DNA of 64,000 nucleotides from Candidatus Daviesbacteria bacterium (GTDB lineage Bacteria; Patescibacteriota; Microgenomatia; Daviesbacterales; UBA10151): NCBI GenBank assembly GCA_016183265.1, contig JACPEX010000019.1, positions 15,441 to 79,440 of the forward strand, read 5' to 3'. Shown piece by piece: positions 55,352 to 64,000 of this stretch (position 1 is its first letter; each line of letters starts with the position of its first letter). The notes under the pieces were generated by a model. It saw only the letters and a program-made list of their open reading frames with translations, ran no database searches and was not told where the DNA came from. The position numbers and the translations under genes were made by a program.

Positions 55352-58237
55352 GCCAAAAGAGGCTAAGGTTATTATCCCTCCGGAAACTTTTAATAATCCT
55401 CCCAGGATTTCTTCAGCAGAGTAACCTGTGTTTTTGTTGGGAATTAATTCTTTCTTTTGGCCTAAAAGATTACCTACATTAATCTGATCAGAAATATGGC
55501 TTGGATTTTCAAATGCCAGTCCTAAAATATCGGAATCCGGTGTGTTAGTTGTGACGTTCGCTTTTGAAGTACTTGTACTGAGTGGAGTTGACGTAGCCGA
55601 ATCAGTCGAAGTGGTGCTGGAGGAGTTGCTGGAAGAAGATGAAGCGGGAACTGCAATTTCTATCGTAATGGTTTGCGGAATTTCTTCATTACCCAAGTTA
55701 TCAATTGATTTGACTTGAAGGGTGGTTTTACCTGAAGTTGAGATAATAAATGGTTGAGTATATGTTTGGACTGTTTGGCCGTTATCCAAACTGTATTCTA
55801 TTTTTAAAATTCCTGAATCTGTATCACTGCCGGTTAAAGTAATGGTGACCGGATCGGTATAAATTCCTGAAGAATCTTTGGCGCCGGAAATCTGAATAGA
55901 AGCAGTAGGAGGGGCTTGGTCTAAAGCCGGTCCGCCGCTGACCTGGCTGGTAGGAGCAATAATTGTAGAATCTGGTTTTGTTGAATCAGGGTAGAAAGTT
56001 AAAGATAGGGCAGTCTCAAGTGTTGGATCCAAATCAAATTCAACTTTGGCAATTTCTGTTATGGGAATATCTTTATAAAGGGCAGTTTTAGAGATTTTAT
56101 CCTGTCGATAAGTTCTCTTTTTAAGATTAGTAGTTTTAGAACTATTGGAGGGATTTTTGCGGGTAATTTTAACCCTAGCTTTGGCAGCTTTTTTCTTAAC
56201 AAAAGCATGTTTGGTGTTGCCGGAAGTAGTACAAGTAACTTCAGGAATATTTTCTTCTATTTCCCCGTTACTATTTAACCCGCAGTGGCGGTTTTGGTCA
56301 TCATATAAATCCAATTCGCCATCATCCAAGGTAATTTGTTCTCCTTCTAAATATATTTTTTCATCTTTTACCTCAACTGGTAAAGAATTGTCATCATTTA
56401 AAATTGCTTTGACAGTTTGCATGGCTGTGCCGTTTGAAGAAACCAGATCCCCATGTTTTTGTTCAACATAGTATATTTTAGTAGCGCCGGAGATATCCAG
56501 AGAATCGTTTTTTAAAGAAGCACTATAAAGAGGAACAGTGTTATCGCCGTTAACAAAGAGCTCATCTTTCTTGGGAAGTAGATTAATTGGCCAAGTAACC
56601 CACCAAGTTTCATTGATTTGACCAAGCGTAGGTTGGCCTGTTCCAACGATCTCATAAGTTTTTATATTGTTATTTTGGCTTAGAATTGTATCGTAAGAAT
56701 TATGGAATTGTTCACCGATGCCGAAAATAACCATATTATAACTAAGATTAGATAATAGGGATTTGATTTGGTCGAAATTTAGTATACCGGTTACCTTATC
56801 ATTATCCATATCTCTGTCATCACGAAATGGAAATGGATAATTAGAATTGGAATTGTCGTAGAAACTAAAATATTTACCGGAGGGGAGAAGTTGGAATATA
56901 CTAGGTGTATTTTGTGCGATGTCTTTTATTTCACTGGCTGGAATGCCTAAAGGAATAAAACCAAAAACATTTTTTTGTAATGCAGTCCCATACATTAATG
57001 TTTTAAGTGCACTAGTTGCCCCCAAATGAGGTACACCCAGTTCAATTAGTTTATTAACTTTTGCTGCTTTTGAGGCATCTGATATATAATACCTAGCTAC
57101 CAGGCCGCCCATGGAATGGACTACTAAATTAACCTGGGATTGGCCTGAGGCTGTTTTAGCTGATTCTATTAAAGCATCTAAAGAATCTTTAGTAGTCCTG
57201 ACATCCTTTCTCCAATCATAGGGAAATACAAAGTAATTTGTGCCCTTTGTATACCCCATCCCTGTAAAAACAGAATCTATATCAGAATACCCAAAAGAAG
57301 TTAAATCACCTGTTAAAGATAAATCAGCTTCCGGGGTAATCCCATCTGTTTTTAACTTTAAGACATCAAAATAATCATCATTTCCTAAAGCAGCTGCTTC
57401 ATTTTGATTAACCCAGATTTTTTCATCTTTGGCATAAGCGTGGGTATATTTGCCCCCGTGTCCGTTATCCTGATCCACCCAGAAGATATTATTGGTTGCC
57501 TTAAATTCAGATCCGCCGATCCCGGGAATAAAAATTACCGGAAGCCTCGGAGGTGGGGAGGTATTACTTAAAACAAAATAAAGGTCATCTTTGGCGTCTG
57601 TCCAAATATTACAGCCATAATTGGCTGTTTGTGAATTCCAGGAATACGAAGCAGCATTGCAATACCCATTATCAAAAGCATACCGGAGTCCCCCATCGCT
57701 AAATTTGTCAGAGCCTCCATGCCCTCCTGACCCGTAAGCAGAAGCTGCAAATTTAATTCTTTTGCCACCCCACTGAGGCATATTGGCATTAGTGATAAGT
57801 ATTAGATACCTATGCCCGGAAATAAAACTATAATTTCTGCAAGAAAAATCAATTGTGACATCTTCAAAACCAGCGGGAACACCGCTGGTATTAAAAGTTA
57901 AACCCCTTAAAGGATCTGTTGGGCTGGCTCCAGAGGGGATACACCCTCCGATATATGAATTATTGTTGTCTTTATCGTAAATCCGGCTATTTTGGGCAGT
58001 AAAGTCAAATTGGTTTATATTTGAAGCAGAGGTGGAAACTCTGAAAGTAAAACTTTGGGCTGTACCAGATAAGTTATTCCCCAATTCTTGAATGACTACC
58101 CACCTATTTAATTGGTCATCCCAAATTTGAGTTTGTTCAGCTACAGAAACAGCATAAGTTGGTAGGGCGAAAGTCACAAGAAACCCTACCAGAAATACAA
58201 ACTCAAAAAATAGGGTAACTGGCAGTTTTTTATTCAC
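55310..58237 (-). CDS. Large (975 aa) cell-surface alpha/beta-hydrolase (lipase/PGAP1-like, GHSMGG) with Ig-like domain, Ser/Thr-rich linker and C-terminal sorting-signal-like anchor
   Basis: N-terminal signal/TM, nucleophile elbow VVHSMGGLVARYY, Big/chitobiase-C-like block (KIEYSLDNGQTVQTYTQPF), a poly-S/T tract, then ...LIPNKNTG plus a hydrophobic segment plus KKVPHKM. Confidence 0.7.
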   Translation of the reverse strand: MNKKLPVTLFFEFVFLVGFLVTFALPTYAVSVAEQTQIWDDQLNRWVVIQELGNNLSGTAQSFTFRVSTSASNINQFDFTAQNSRIYDKDNNNSYIGGCIPSGASPTDPLRGLTFNTSGVPAGFEDVTIDFSCRNYSFISGHRYLILITNANMPQWGGKRIKFAASAYGSGGHGGSDKFSDGGLRYAFDNGYCNAASYSWNSQTANYGCNIWTDAKDDLYFVLSNTSPPPRLPVIFIPGIGGSEFKATNNIFWVDQDNGHGGKYTHAYAKDEKIWVNQNEAAALGNDDYFDVLKLKTDGITPEADLSLTGDLTSFGYSDIDSVFTGMGYTKGTNYFVFPYDWRKDVRTTKDSLDALIESAKTASGQSQVNLVVHSMGGLVARYYISDASKAAKVNKLIELGVPHLGATSALKTLMYGTALQKNVFGFIPLGIPASEIKDIAQNTPSIFQLLPSGKYFSFYDNSNSNYPFPFRDDRDMDNDKVTGILNFDQIKSLLSNLSYNMVIFGIGEQFHNSYDTILSQNNNIKTYEIVGTGQPTLGQINETWWVTWPINLLPKKDELFVNGDNTVPLYSASLKNDSLDISGATKIYYVEQKHGDLVSSNGTAMQTVKAILNDDNSLPVEVKDEKIYLEGEQITLDDGELDLYDDQNRHCGLNSNGEIEENIPEVTCTTSGNTKHAFVKKKAAKARVKITRKNPSNSSKTTNLKKRTYRQDKISKTALYKDIPITEIAKVEFDLDPTLETALSLTFYPDSTKPDSTIIAPTSQVSGGPALDQAPPTASIQISGAKDSSGIYTDPVTITLTGSDTDSGILKIEYSLDNGQTVQTYTQPFIISTSGKTTLQVKSIDNLGNEEIPQTITIEIAVPASSSSSNSSSTTSTDSATSTPLSTSTSKANVTTNTPDSDILGLAFENPSHISDQINVGNLLGQKKELIPNKNTGYSAEEILGGLLKVSGGIITLASFGLLATLFKKVPHKM

Positions 58238-58317
58238 TTTTAGATATCAAGATTGTTGACCGTGAAAAAGGAGAAGGCAATATGTACTTAAGATAACAAA
58301 GTGATATACTGTGGGCC

Positions 58318-59010
58318 ATGTTTACCAACCAGAAAGTTTTGGGGGCGCTGCTGGTAATTTTTATAATTGGAGCAGGAGTTTATTTTGTTATTTCTAAATT
58401 TCAAAAAGATGTCGGTCAGGTATCAGCTACACCTTCGCCTTCTCCTGCAGCCTTAGATTTTACTTTAACCAAAACTCCGCAACCCTTCGACTCCGCTCAG
58501 GGCAGGCAACCTCAGTCCTCAGAACTGCCTCTTGCCAGAAACAAAAAACTATCCCAATTTCCCGGGATTTTAAAGCCCGAGATTTTACAAAACAAAAAAG
58601 CGATGATTCAAACATCTAAGGGAATAATCCAATTGCAAATTTATCCTGAAGCTTCTATGGCTGCATCCAATTTTATTTTGCTTTCGGCAAATGGTTTTTA
58701 TGATGGGTTAACTTTTCACCGGGTAGAGGATTGGGTGATTCAGGGAGGAGACCCAACAGGGACAGGCAGCGGGGGACCAGGATATCAATTTCCAGATGAA
58801 CCTGTTAATAGGGAGTATGTTAGGGGAATAGTGGCTATGGCAAATTCCGGCCCCGATACTAATGGTAGCCAGTTTTTTATTTTGAAAAAAGATTCCCCTT
58901 TGCCACCAAACTATACAATTTTTGGCGCTGTAATTTCCGGCCGGGAAGTAGTAGATAAAATATCTATCGGTGACGTCATGCAAAGGGTTGTTATTCAAAA
59001 TCTGCAATAA
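58318..59010 (+). CDS. Cyclophilin-type peptidyl-prolyl isomerase, membrane-anchored
   Basis: TM, then the cyclophilin core (FHRV..DWVIQGGDP.GTGSGGPGYQFPDE, ...GSQFFI). Carries a GC-rich in-frame insert (see finding). Confidence 0.88.
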   Translation: MFTNQKVLGALLVIFIIGAGVYFVISKFQKDVGQVSATPSPSPAALDFTLTKTPQPFDSAQGRQPQSSELPLARNKKLSQFPGILKPEILQNKKAMIQTSKGIIQLQIYPEASMAASNFILLSANGFYDGLTFHRVEDWVIQGGDPTGTGSGGPGYQFPDEPVNREYVRGIVAMANSGPDTNGSQFFILKKDSPLPPNYTIFGAVISGREVVDKISIGDVMQRVVIQNLQ

Positions 59011-59026
59011 CTATCAATACTGAGCG

Positions 59027-59042
59027 CAGTCGAAGTACACAA
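59027..59042 (+). promoter_or_regulatory. NrdR-box-like palindrome next to a sigma70-like promoter of nrdR-nrdJ
   Basis: ACACAATATATTGTAT (consensus acaCwAtATaTwGtgt) abuts TTGACA at 59044-59049, followed by TATGCT-like -10 about 18 nt on. A weaker second half-site (TATCAATATGTTA) lies about 20 nt downstream. Confidence 0.5.
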
Positions 59043-59096
59043 TATATTGTATATTGACACTTTAAGATATCAATATGTTATGCTACACTGGTTATT

Positions 59097-59537
59097 GTGA
59101 AATGCCCATTTTGCCGGAGTAATTCAAGTAAAGTTTTAGATAAAAGAGCGGTTTTGGGCCGCGGGGAAGTAAGACGCCGCCGGGAGTGTTTAAAGTGCAG
59201 CAAGCGTTTTACAACTTATGAAGTTTTGGCTGAAATTGAAATTCAGGTAATCAAAAAGGATGGAAGAAAGCAGCCATTTTTGCGGGAAAAACTACAGGCA
59301 GGTTTAATTAAGGCTTTGGAGAAAAGACCGGGTATTGACAAGGTTTCTTTGGTACTTGATAGAATAGAAGGCCGGATTCGGAGTAAGCATTTACAGGAAG
59401 TGTCATCGCGGGTATTGGGGGGTTGGGTTTTATCAGAGTTAAAGAAGTTGGATTCAATAGCCTATTTGCGGTTTACCAGTGTCTATAAGACTTTTTCTGA
59501 CCCAAAAGATTTTAAAAAGGTAATAGAAACACTATGA
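59097..59537 (+). CDS. nrdR: Transcriptional repressor NrdR
   Basis: MKCPFC...C..C zinc ribbon plus an ATP-cone. GTG start. Confidence 0.92.
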   Translation: MKCPFCRSNSSKVLDKRAVLGRGEVRRRRECLKCSKRFTTYEVLAEIEIQVIKKDGRKQPFLREKLQAGLIKALEKRPGIDKVSLVLDRIEGRIRSKHLQEVSSRVLGGWVLSELKKLDSIAYLRFTSVYKTFSDPKDFKKVIETL

Positions 59538-62056
59538 AAAAAAATACTTCTACATCACAAATTGTTTCCATGCCAAAAACCACTGTCAGAAAGAAAACTA
59601 ATGGAGAGTATAAAACTAATGGGTTAAACCATAATAACCGCAGTTTTGAAACCAGGTTTACTCCTCGCTACAAAAAAATGCCTGCAATCCCGGAAGGCTT
59701 GCCGGAGCCAACTTTTTCTGAAAGTTCCAATAAAATTTTACAGGAAAGGTATTTATTAAAGGGTGGAGATCTAAAAGTTTCCGAAACTGTGGCAGACCGT
59801 TTTTGGCATATTACCTATGATATTGCCTCTGCTGATTTTGACTTTGGTATCGGCCCAAAAGAGGTGACTGATTTAGCTAAACAATTTTATACCATGATGG
59901 TTAGACAAGAGTTCTTGCCTAACTCCCCCACTATTATGAATGCCGGTAAAAATAATGGATTACAGTATTCAGCTTGTTTTGTGTTGCCGGTGGGTGATTC
60001 AATTGAGGAGATTTTTGATAGCGTGAAATATGCGGCAATGATCCATAAATCAGGAGGAGGTACGGGCTTTGCTTTTTCCCGGCTTCGACCAAGCAATAGC
60101 ATTGTGGCCACCACAGGCGGAGTCGCCTCTGGACCGGTATCATTTTTGCGGGTATTTAATGCTGCCACAGAAGCTATTAAACAAGGTGGGAGTCGGCGCG
60201 GAGCAAACATGGGTGTTTTGCGGGTAGACCACCCGGATATTTTGGAATTTATCCGTTGCAAAGCAGAACTTGATGATTTAAACAAACCAATCTATGAGGG
60301 TATTGCGCCACTTTTACCTGATGATGCTTCTCGGGATTATGCAAAAACTTTACTGTTAGACCGGCAAATTTCTAATTTTAATATTTCGGTAGCCGCAACA
60401 GATAAATTTATGGAGGCTTTAGAGAAGGGTGAAGATTACGAGTTGATTGAGCCGCATAGTCAAGAAGTAGTGGGTAAATTAAATGCCAGGGAGGTGTTTG
60501 ATGAAATTATTGAAAGGGCTTGGAAAACAGGTGATCCGGGATTAATCTTTATTGACCGGGTTAATAATTCCCCTGCCAATCCCGTACCTAGTTTAGAGCA
60601 TATTGAAGCCACAAACCCCTGTGGCGAACAGCCATTGGCGCCTTGGGACGCCTGCAATTTGGGGTCAATTAATTTAGGAAAATTTGTACTGGAAGACGGG
60701 GTGGACTGGGAAAAATTAAGAGAAACAACCCGTTTGGCCGTGCACTTTTTGGACAATGTGGTGCAAACTAATCCTTATACTTTAAAGCAGATTTATGACC
60801 AGGTACATCTTAATAGAAGAATCGGTTTGGGGGTCATGGGCTTTGCTGATATGCTGTTTAAGCTAAAAATCCCCTATAACTGCGAGCCTGCTTTGGAATT
60901 GGCCGGGTCAATTATGAAATTTATTAACGAAGAGGGGCATAAAAAATCAGAAGAGTTGGCAGATCAGAAGGGTGCTTTCCCAAACTGGCTGCATTCAATT
61001 TATTCATCCGGCAAACCAATCAGAAATTCCACAATTACTACTATTGCCCCGACCGGCACCATTTCCATTATCGGTGATTGTTCTTCCGGGATCGAGCCGG
61101 TCTTTGCCTTAGCTTATATCCACAAGGCTAAAGCCAGAGGAGACCAATACCGGATTTTAACCATTGCTAATCAGACTTTTACTGATATTGCCAAAAGGCA
61201 AGGTTTTTACAGCGATGATTTGGCTGCCAAAGTTTTAGAACGCGGGTCAGTAACCGGCATTGATAGTGTACCCCAGGAATGGCAAAAAGTTTTTGTGACA
61301 GCCCAGGAAATTGATCCGGTTTGGCATGTTAAAATGCAGGCTGCTTTTCAGAGGTTTACTGACAATGGTGTTTCTAAAACAGTTAATTTGCCAAATTCTG
61401 CTACCCGCGATGATGTGAAAAATGTTTATCTTTTGGCTTACCAGACAGGCTGCAACGGAATTACTATTTACCGTGATGGTTCCAAATCAATGCAGGTTTT
61501 GAATGTTTCATCCACCTTAAATAAGGGTACAGAAGACCCGGCAGCGCCGGTGGCTGAGCGGCCGATGATCTTGCGGGGCCGGACTTACAAGATTTCTACG
61601 CCGGTGGGTGAAGCTTTTATTACTGTCAACAGGGATGTCCAGGATCAGCCATTTGAAGTGTTTGTAACGGTCGGTCGGGCCGGTATGCATACTATGGCAG
61701 ATGCGGAAGCAATGGGTCGGTTGGTTTCATTGTCGTTGAGATTGGCCAGGGGCGCCAAGGAGACAGATCCTAAAGCAGTGGCACAAAAAATTGTAGGCCA
61801 GCTTAAAGGAATTGGGGGAGCATCATCTGTTGGTTTTGGCAAAAACAGGGTGCAGAGTCTGGCGGATGCAATTGCCAAGGTACTGACAGAGGATTTAAGT
61901 TTGGTTCCTCAGGAGCAGACACAAGAAACCGAAGCAGTCCAGCTTAATTTGCAGCCAAGTACTAATGCTGATCTTTGCCCTGAATGCGGTTCAGCCTCGT
62001 TTGTAATGGAAGAGGGTTGCAAAAAATGCCACTCCTGTGGATACTCAATGTGCTAA
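59534..62056 (+). CDS. nrdJ: Ribonucleotide reductase, class II (adenosylcobalamin-dependent), with C-terminal Zn-ribbon
   Basis: Class II RNR core (...NPCGEQPL, catalytic Cys loops). The terminal CPECGS...CKKCHSCG zinc finger is typical of monomeric/dimeric NrdJ. Confidence 0.9.
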   Translation: MKKNTSTSQIVSMPKTTVRKKTNGEYKTNGLNHNNRSFETRFTPRYKKMPAIPEGLPEPTFSESSNKILQERYLLKGGDLKVSETVADRFWHITYDIASADFDFGIGPKEVTDLAKQFYTMMVRQEFLPNSPTIMNAGKNNGLQYSACFVLPVGDSIEEIFDSVKYAAMIHKSGGGTGFAFSRLRPSNSIVATTGGVASGPVSFLRVFNAATEAIKQGGSRRGANMGVLRVDHPDILEFIRCKAELDDLNKPIYEGIAPLLPDDASRDYAKTLLLDRQISNFNISVAATDKFMEALEKGEDYELIEPHSQEVVGKLNAREVFDEIIERAWKTGDPGLIFIDRVNNSPANPVPSLEHIEATNPCGEQPLAPWDACNLGSINLGKFVLEDGVDWEKLRETTRLAVHFLDNVVQTNPYTLKQIYDQVHLNRRIGLGVMGFADMLFKLKIPYNCEPALELAGSIMKFINEEGHKKSEELADQKGAFPNWLHSIYSSGKPIRNSTITTIAPTGTISIIGDCSSGIEPVFALAYIHKAKARGDQYRILTIANQTFTDIAKRQGFYSDDLAAKVLERGSVTGIDSVPQEWQKVFVTAQEIDPVWHVKMQAAFQRFTDNGVSKTVNLPNSATRDDVKNVYLLAYQTGCNGITIYRDGSKSMQVLNVSSTLNKGTEDPAAPVAERPMILRGRTYKISTPVGEAFITVNRDVQDQPFEVFVTVGRAGMHTMADAEAMGRLVSLSLRLARGAKETDPKAVAQKIVGQLKGIGGASSVGFGKNRVQSLADAIAKVLTEDLSLVPQEQTQETEAVQLNLQPSTNADLCPECGSASFVMEEGCKKCHSCGYSMC

Positions 62057-62078
62057 GTGCTAAAATTACTCCTTAAAC

Positions 62079-62510
62079 ATGGCCATCGAATCCCTGATTG
62101 TAGAAATAGAGCAGATAAATCAACAGTTATCACCACAAGCAAAGGCTAATTTGCTTACAACATTAAGAATGTGTCCTACAGATATAGACGATCAAAGAGT
62201 AATTGAATGGAAACCAGGAAACATTTATTTTCATTCCCTACAAGATTTACGTTTTGCAATTCTACCGTCAGTTCTTCCCGAAGAAATAAGGATGTCTCAA
62301 GCATGTTTTGTAAAAGATTTAGATCTTTATTTAAAAGGATTCCCAAAAACTGAAGCAGAAGAAATATACAGAATATTTCAGACAATATTTAATGCAGGTA
62401 CCTCCTTTTATTGGGATGAAGATAGGGATCATGTTAAGAATTTATATGAGGTCTATTGCAAGTTGGATAAAGAAATAATTAGGCCTTGGGTTAATGTTAT
62501 GAAACTTTAG
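62079..62510 (+). CDS. Hypothetical protein (143 aa)
   Basis: ORF only. Confidence 0.4.
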   Translation: MAIESLIVEIEQINQQLSPQAKANLLTTLRMCPTDIDDQRVIEWKPGNIYFHSLQDLRFAILPSVLPEEIRMSQACFVKDLDLYLKGFPKTEAEEIYRIFQTIFNAGTSFYWDEDRDHVKNLYEVYCKLDKEIIRPWVNVMKL

Positions 62511-62550
62511 ATCTGTAGATTTTCTACTACTTGTAAGCACAAAAAACATA

Positions 62551-63311
62551 AAATATCCGCAGGTGTCAATACAAATCCACCCCAAGGGTGGACATATCAG
62601 TTTTCAATATCCATTAGCTGGTGTTTTATTATTTCCAGTCTTTGGGCATAATCAACTTGGTCTAGAACAAACTTCTCATATTCTTTTGGAGATTTAAAGA
62701 AGTTTAAAATATCTTCTTTGTTACAAATACCGTTTGTATTATTTTCAATATATTCTTTATAAGAAGACCAGCGGTATTCGTTTAAATCTTTGATTAAAAA
62801 TGAAGCAATCGGGTTTAGATGAATGTAACGGGAAACGTGGATTAATTGCTCATCAGATTCTATTAATACAGCTTTGAATTCTCCTTGCAGCAGAGGACCA
62901 ACCCTATTGTATTTTACATTGTAATATTTAGTGTAGCTGTTGCTGAGTTTGCTGATAAATTCTGTAATTCCGCCATCTTCCAGTTGTTTTATTAAAAAGT
63001 GAAAATGATTTGGCATAAGACAGTAGCAGATAATATCCACGATTTTTTTATTGATATCCGGTTTAAAAACAGAACCTGCCACAAATTTAGAAAGTTTGGG
63101 CTTAGGTCCTAAGAGTTGGTAATACCTAATTGTTTTAATAAGTCTTGAGTAGTCCCATTGTTTTTCAAATATAGTTCTTTTTTCTACACCCCTATTGTAA
63201 ATATGGTAAAACTGTCCGTTTACGAATGGAAAAATTCTGGAAGGCATTTGATCCTAGCATAGTGTAAATATCCGCAGGTGTCAATACAAATCCACCCCAA
63301 GGGTGGACATA
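62551..63311. mobile_element. IS200/IS605-family (HuH Y1 transposase) insertion with identical 46-bp hairpin-containing ends
   Basis: AAATATCCGCAGGTGTCAATACAAATCCACCCCAAGGGTGGACATA occurs at 62551-62596 and 63266-63311 on the same strand. Each holds the hairpin CCACCC-CAA-GGGTGG. The two copies bracket the tnpA gene. Confidence 0.75.
62597..63247 (-). CDS. tnpA: IS200/IS605-type TnpA / REP-associated tyrosine transposase-like (HuH)
   Basis: HIYNRG..., CYCLMPNHFHFLI (HuH), RVGPLLQGEF, SRYIHLNP (catalytic Tyr region). 216 aa. Confidence 0.8.
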   Translation of the reverse strand: MPSRIFPFVNGQFYHIYNRGVEKRTIFEKQWDYSRLIKTIRYYQLLGPKPKLSKFVAGSVFKPDINKKIVDIICYCLMPNHFHFLIKQLEDGGITEFISKLSNSYTKYYNVKYNRVGPLLQGEFKAVLIESDEQLIHVSRYIHLNPIASFLIKDLNEYRWSSYKEYIENNTNGICNKEDILNFFKSPKEYEKFVLDQVDYAQRLEIIKHQLMDIEN

Positions 63312-63343
63312 CGTAGTAAAGCTTTATTTGTTAGAATGGGCTC

Positions 63344-63871
63344 ATGAATAAGGAAAAAGGATTAGTAATTATTTATACGGGAGAGGGGAAAGGGAAAACA
63401 ACAGCTGCTTTGGGGTTAGCTATGCGCGCCGCAGGATATGATAAAAAAATTCTGGTAGTCCAGTTTGGCAAAAATAGTTTTTCCGGAGAACTTAAATCAC
63501 TTGAAAGATTAAAAATAAAAATAATTCAGGGAGGCAAGGGGTTTGTTAAAATTTTAGGAGATAAGTTGCCTTTAAAAGAGCATAAAGAAGCGGCTAAGGA
63601 AACTTTTGATAAATTATACAAGGAAGTAACTGGTGGCAAATGGGATGTAGTGGTGGCAGATGAAATTATTGGCGCAGTCTACTCAGGTTTATTTCCGGAA
63701 AGCTTAATTGTGAAATTAATTAAGGCTAAAGCCCCAAGTTTGGATTTAATATTAACCGGCCATCATGCGTCAAGAAAGCTGATTGCTCTGGCAGATTTGG
63801 TTACAGAAATGAAACAAGTTAAACACCCTTTTCAGAAAGGAATTTTAGCAAAAAAAGGAATCGATTATTAA
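63344..63871 (+). CDS. Cob(I)alamin adenosyltransferase (CobA/BtuR type)
   Basis: P-loop IIYTGEGKGKTTAALG and DEI...LD..ILTG. 175 aa. Confidence 0.85.
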   Translation: MNKEKGLVIIYTGEGKGKTTAALGLAMRAAGYDKKILVVQFGKNSFSGELKSLERLKIKIIQGGKGFVKILGDKLPLKEHKEAAKETFDKLYKEVTGGKWDVVVADEIIGAVYSGLFPESLIVKLIKAKAPSLDLILTGHHASRKLIALADLVTEMKQVKHPFQKGILAKKGIDY

Positions 63872-63895
63872 CTTATGAAGTGTTAAAATTAAATT

Positions 63896-64000
63896 ATGAC
63901 AACAGGTGACGGTCCGGCAGAGGTTCCAATTCAGCTCGGTGAAACTTATGATGTTCCGAAACCGCCATCTTTGATGCAAAAATTAAGGGCTAAATGGGAT
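63896..64000 (+). CDS. Hypothetical protein, 3'-truncated by window end
   Basis: ATG with in-frame read-through to the end of the window (MTTGDGPAEVPIQLGETYDVPKPPSL...). No family assignment. Confidence 0.3.
   Translation, partial: MTTGDGPAEVPIQLGETYDVPKPPSLMQKLRAKWD

Noticed and set aside
55310-55420. Possible LPXTG motif in the 975-aa protein
   Set aside because: The sequence is LIPNKNTG, not canonical LPXTG. It is reported only as a sorting-signal-like C-terminus, not as a confirmed sortase site.
59036-59096. Second NrdR half-site
   Set aside because: TATCAATATGTTA about 20 nt downstream of box 1 is only a weak match to the NrdR consensus. Mentioned but not annotated as a separate feature.
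1-64000. CRISPR arrays, rRNA genes, prophage blocks
   Set aside because: No direct-repeat/spacer arrays, no 16S/23S/5S-like conserved strings and no cluster of phage structural genes were seen. The only long exact repeat is the 46-mer pair flanking tnpA.

Overview
This is a 64-kb window from a gene-dense, AT-rich bacterial chromosome with almost no non-coding DNA. The first 4.7 kb is the end of the canonical ribosomal-protein/rpoA operon (map-infA-rpmJ-rpsM-rpsK-rpsD-rpoA-rplQ, then rplM-rpsI). The rest is housekeeping: metK behind a compact SAM riboswitch, recA-recX, RNase Y, HU, miaA, secD/secF, a CCA-adding enzyme, recJ, DAHP synthase, archaeal-type AspRS, GluRS followed by tRNA-Gln, the ribDAHE riboflavin operon behind an FMN riboswitch, non-oxidative pentose-phosphate genes with a split transketolase, VKOR+DsbA, peptidoglycan-remodelling enzymes, and nrdR-nrdJ (B12-dependent RNR) beside a cobalamin adenosyltransferase. 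Non-coding genes are tRNA-Pro(GGG) and tRNA-Gln(CUG), neither with an encoded CCA, and a shortened RNase P RNA on the minus strand. My inference is that this is a reduced-genome, Patescibacteria/CPR-like Gram-positive-type organism. That rests on the reduced RNase P RNA, CCA-less tRNAs plus a CCA enzyme, GluRS + tRNA-Gln with no GlnRS in the window, archaeal-type AspRS, B12-dependent RNR, LPXTG sorting signals and split tkt. I cannot confirm the taxonomy from sequence alone. The most striking element is a 266-aa ORF (8778-9578) 4 bp downstream of metK. Its core reproduces the diphtheria-toxin/exotoxin-A/cholix (H-Y-E class) mono-ADP-ribosyltransferase motifs with correct spacing: YHG, GFY[ST]TD, then YS, then a catalytic-type Glu-Tyr. 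It has no signal peptide, no translocation or receptor domain, and no adjacent immunity-like gene. Other accessory or unusual elements are listed in the findings. They are: a composition-shifted three-gene hypothetical island right after rpsI; an HPF gene translationally coupled to an eRF1/Pelota-like protein lacking GGQ; an RHH-RelE/ParE toxin-antitoxin pair; three GT-C membrane glycosyltransferases behind an APH-like kinase; two genes wedged between secD and secF; an IS200/IS605-type transposon with identical 46-bp hairpin-bearing ends; LPKTG-type sorted surface proteins including a 975-aa lipase-like protein; and several in-frame repeats or GC-rich palindromic inserts. I saw no CRISPR array and no rRNA genes.
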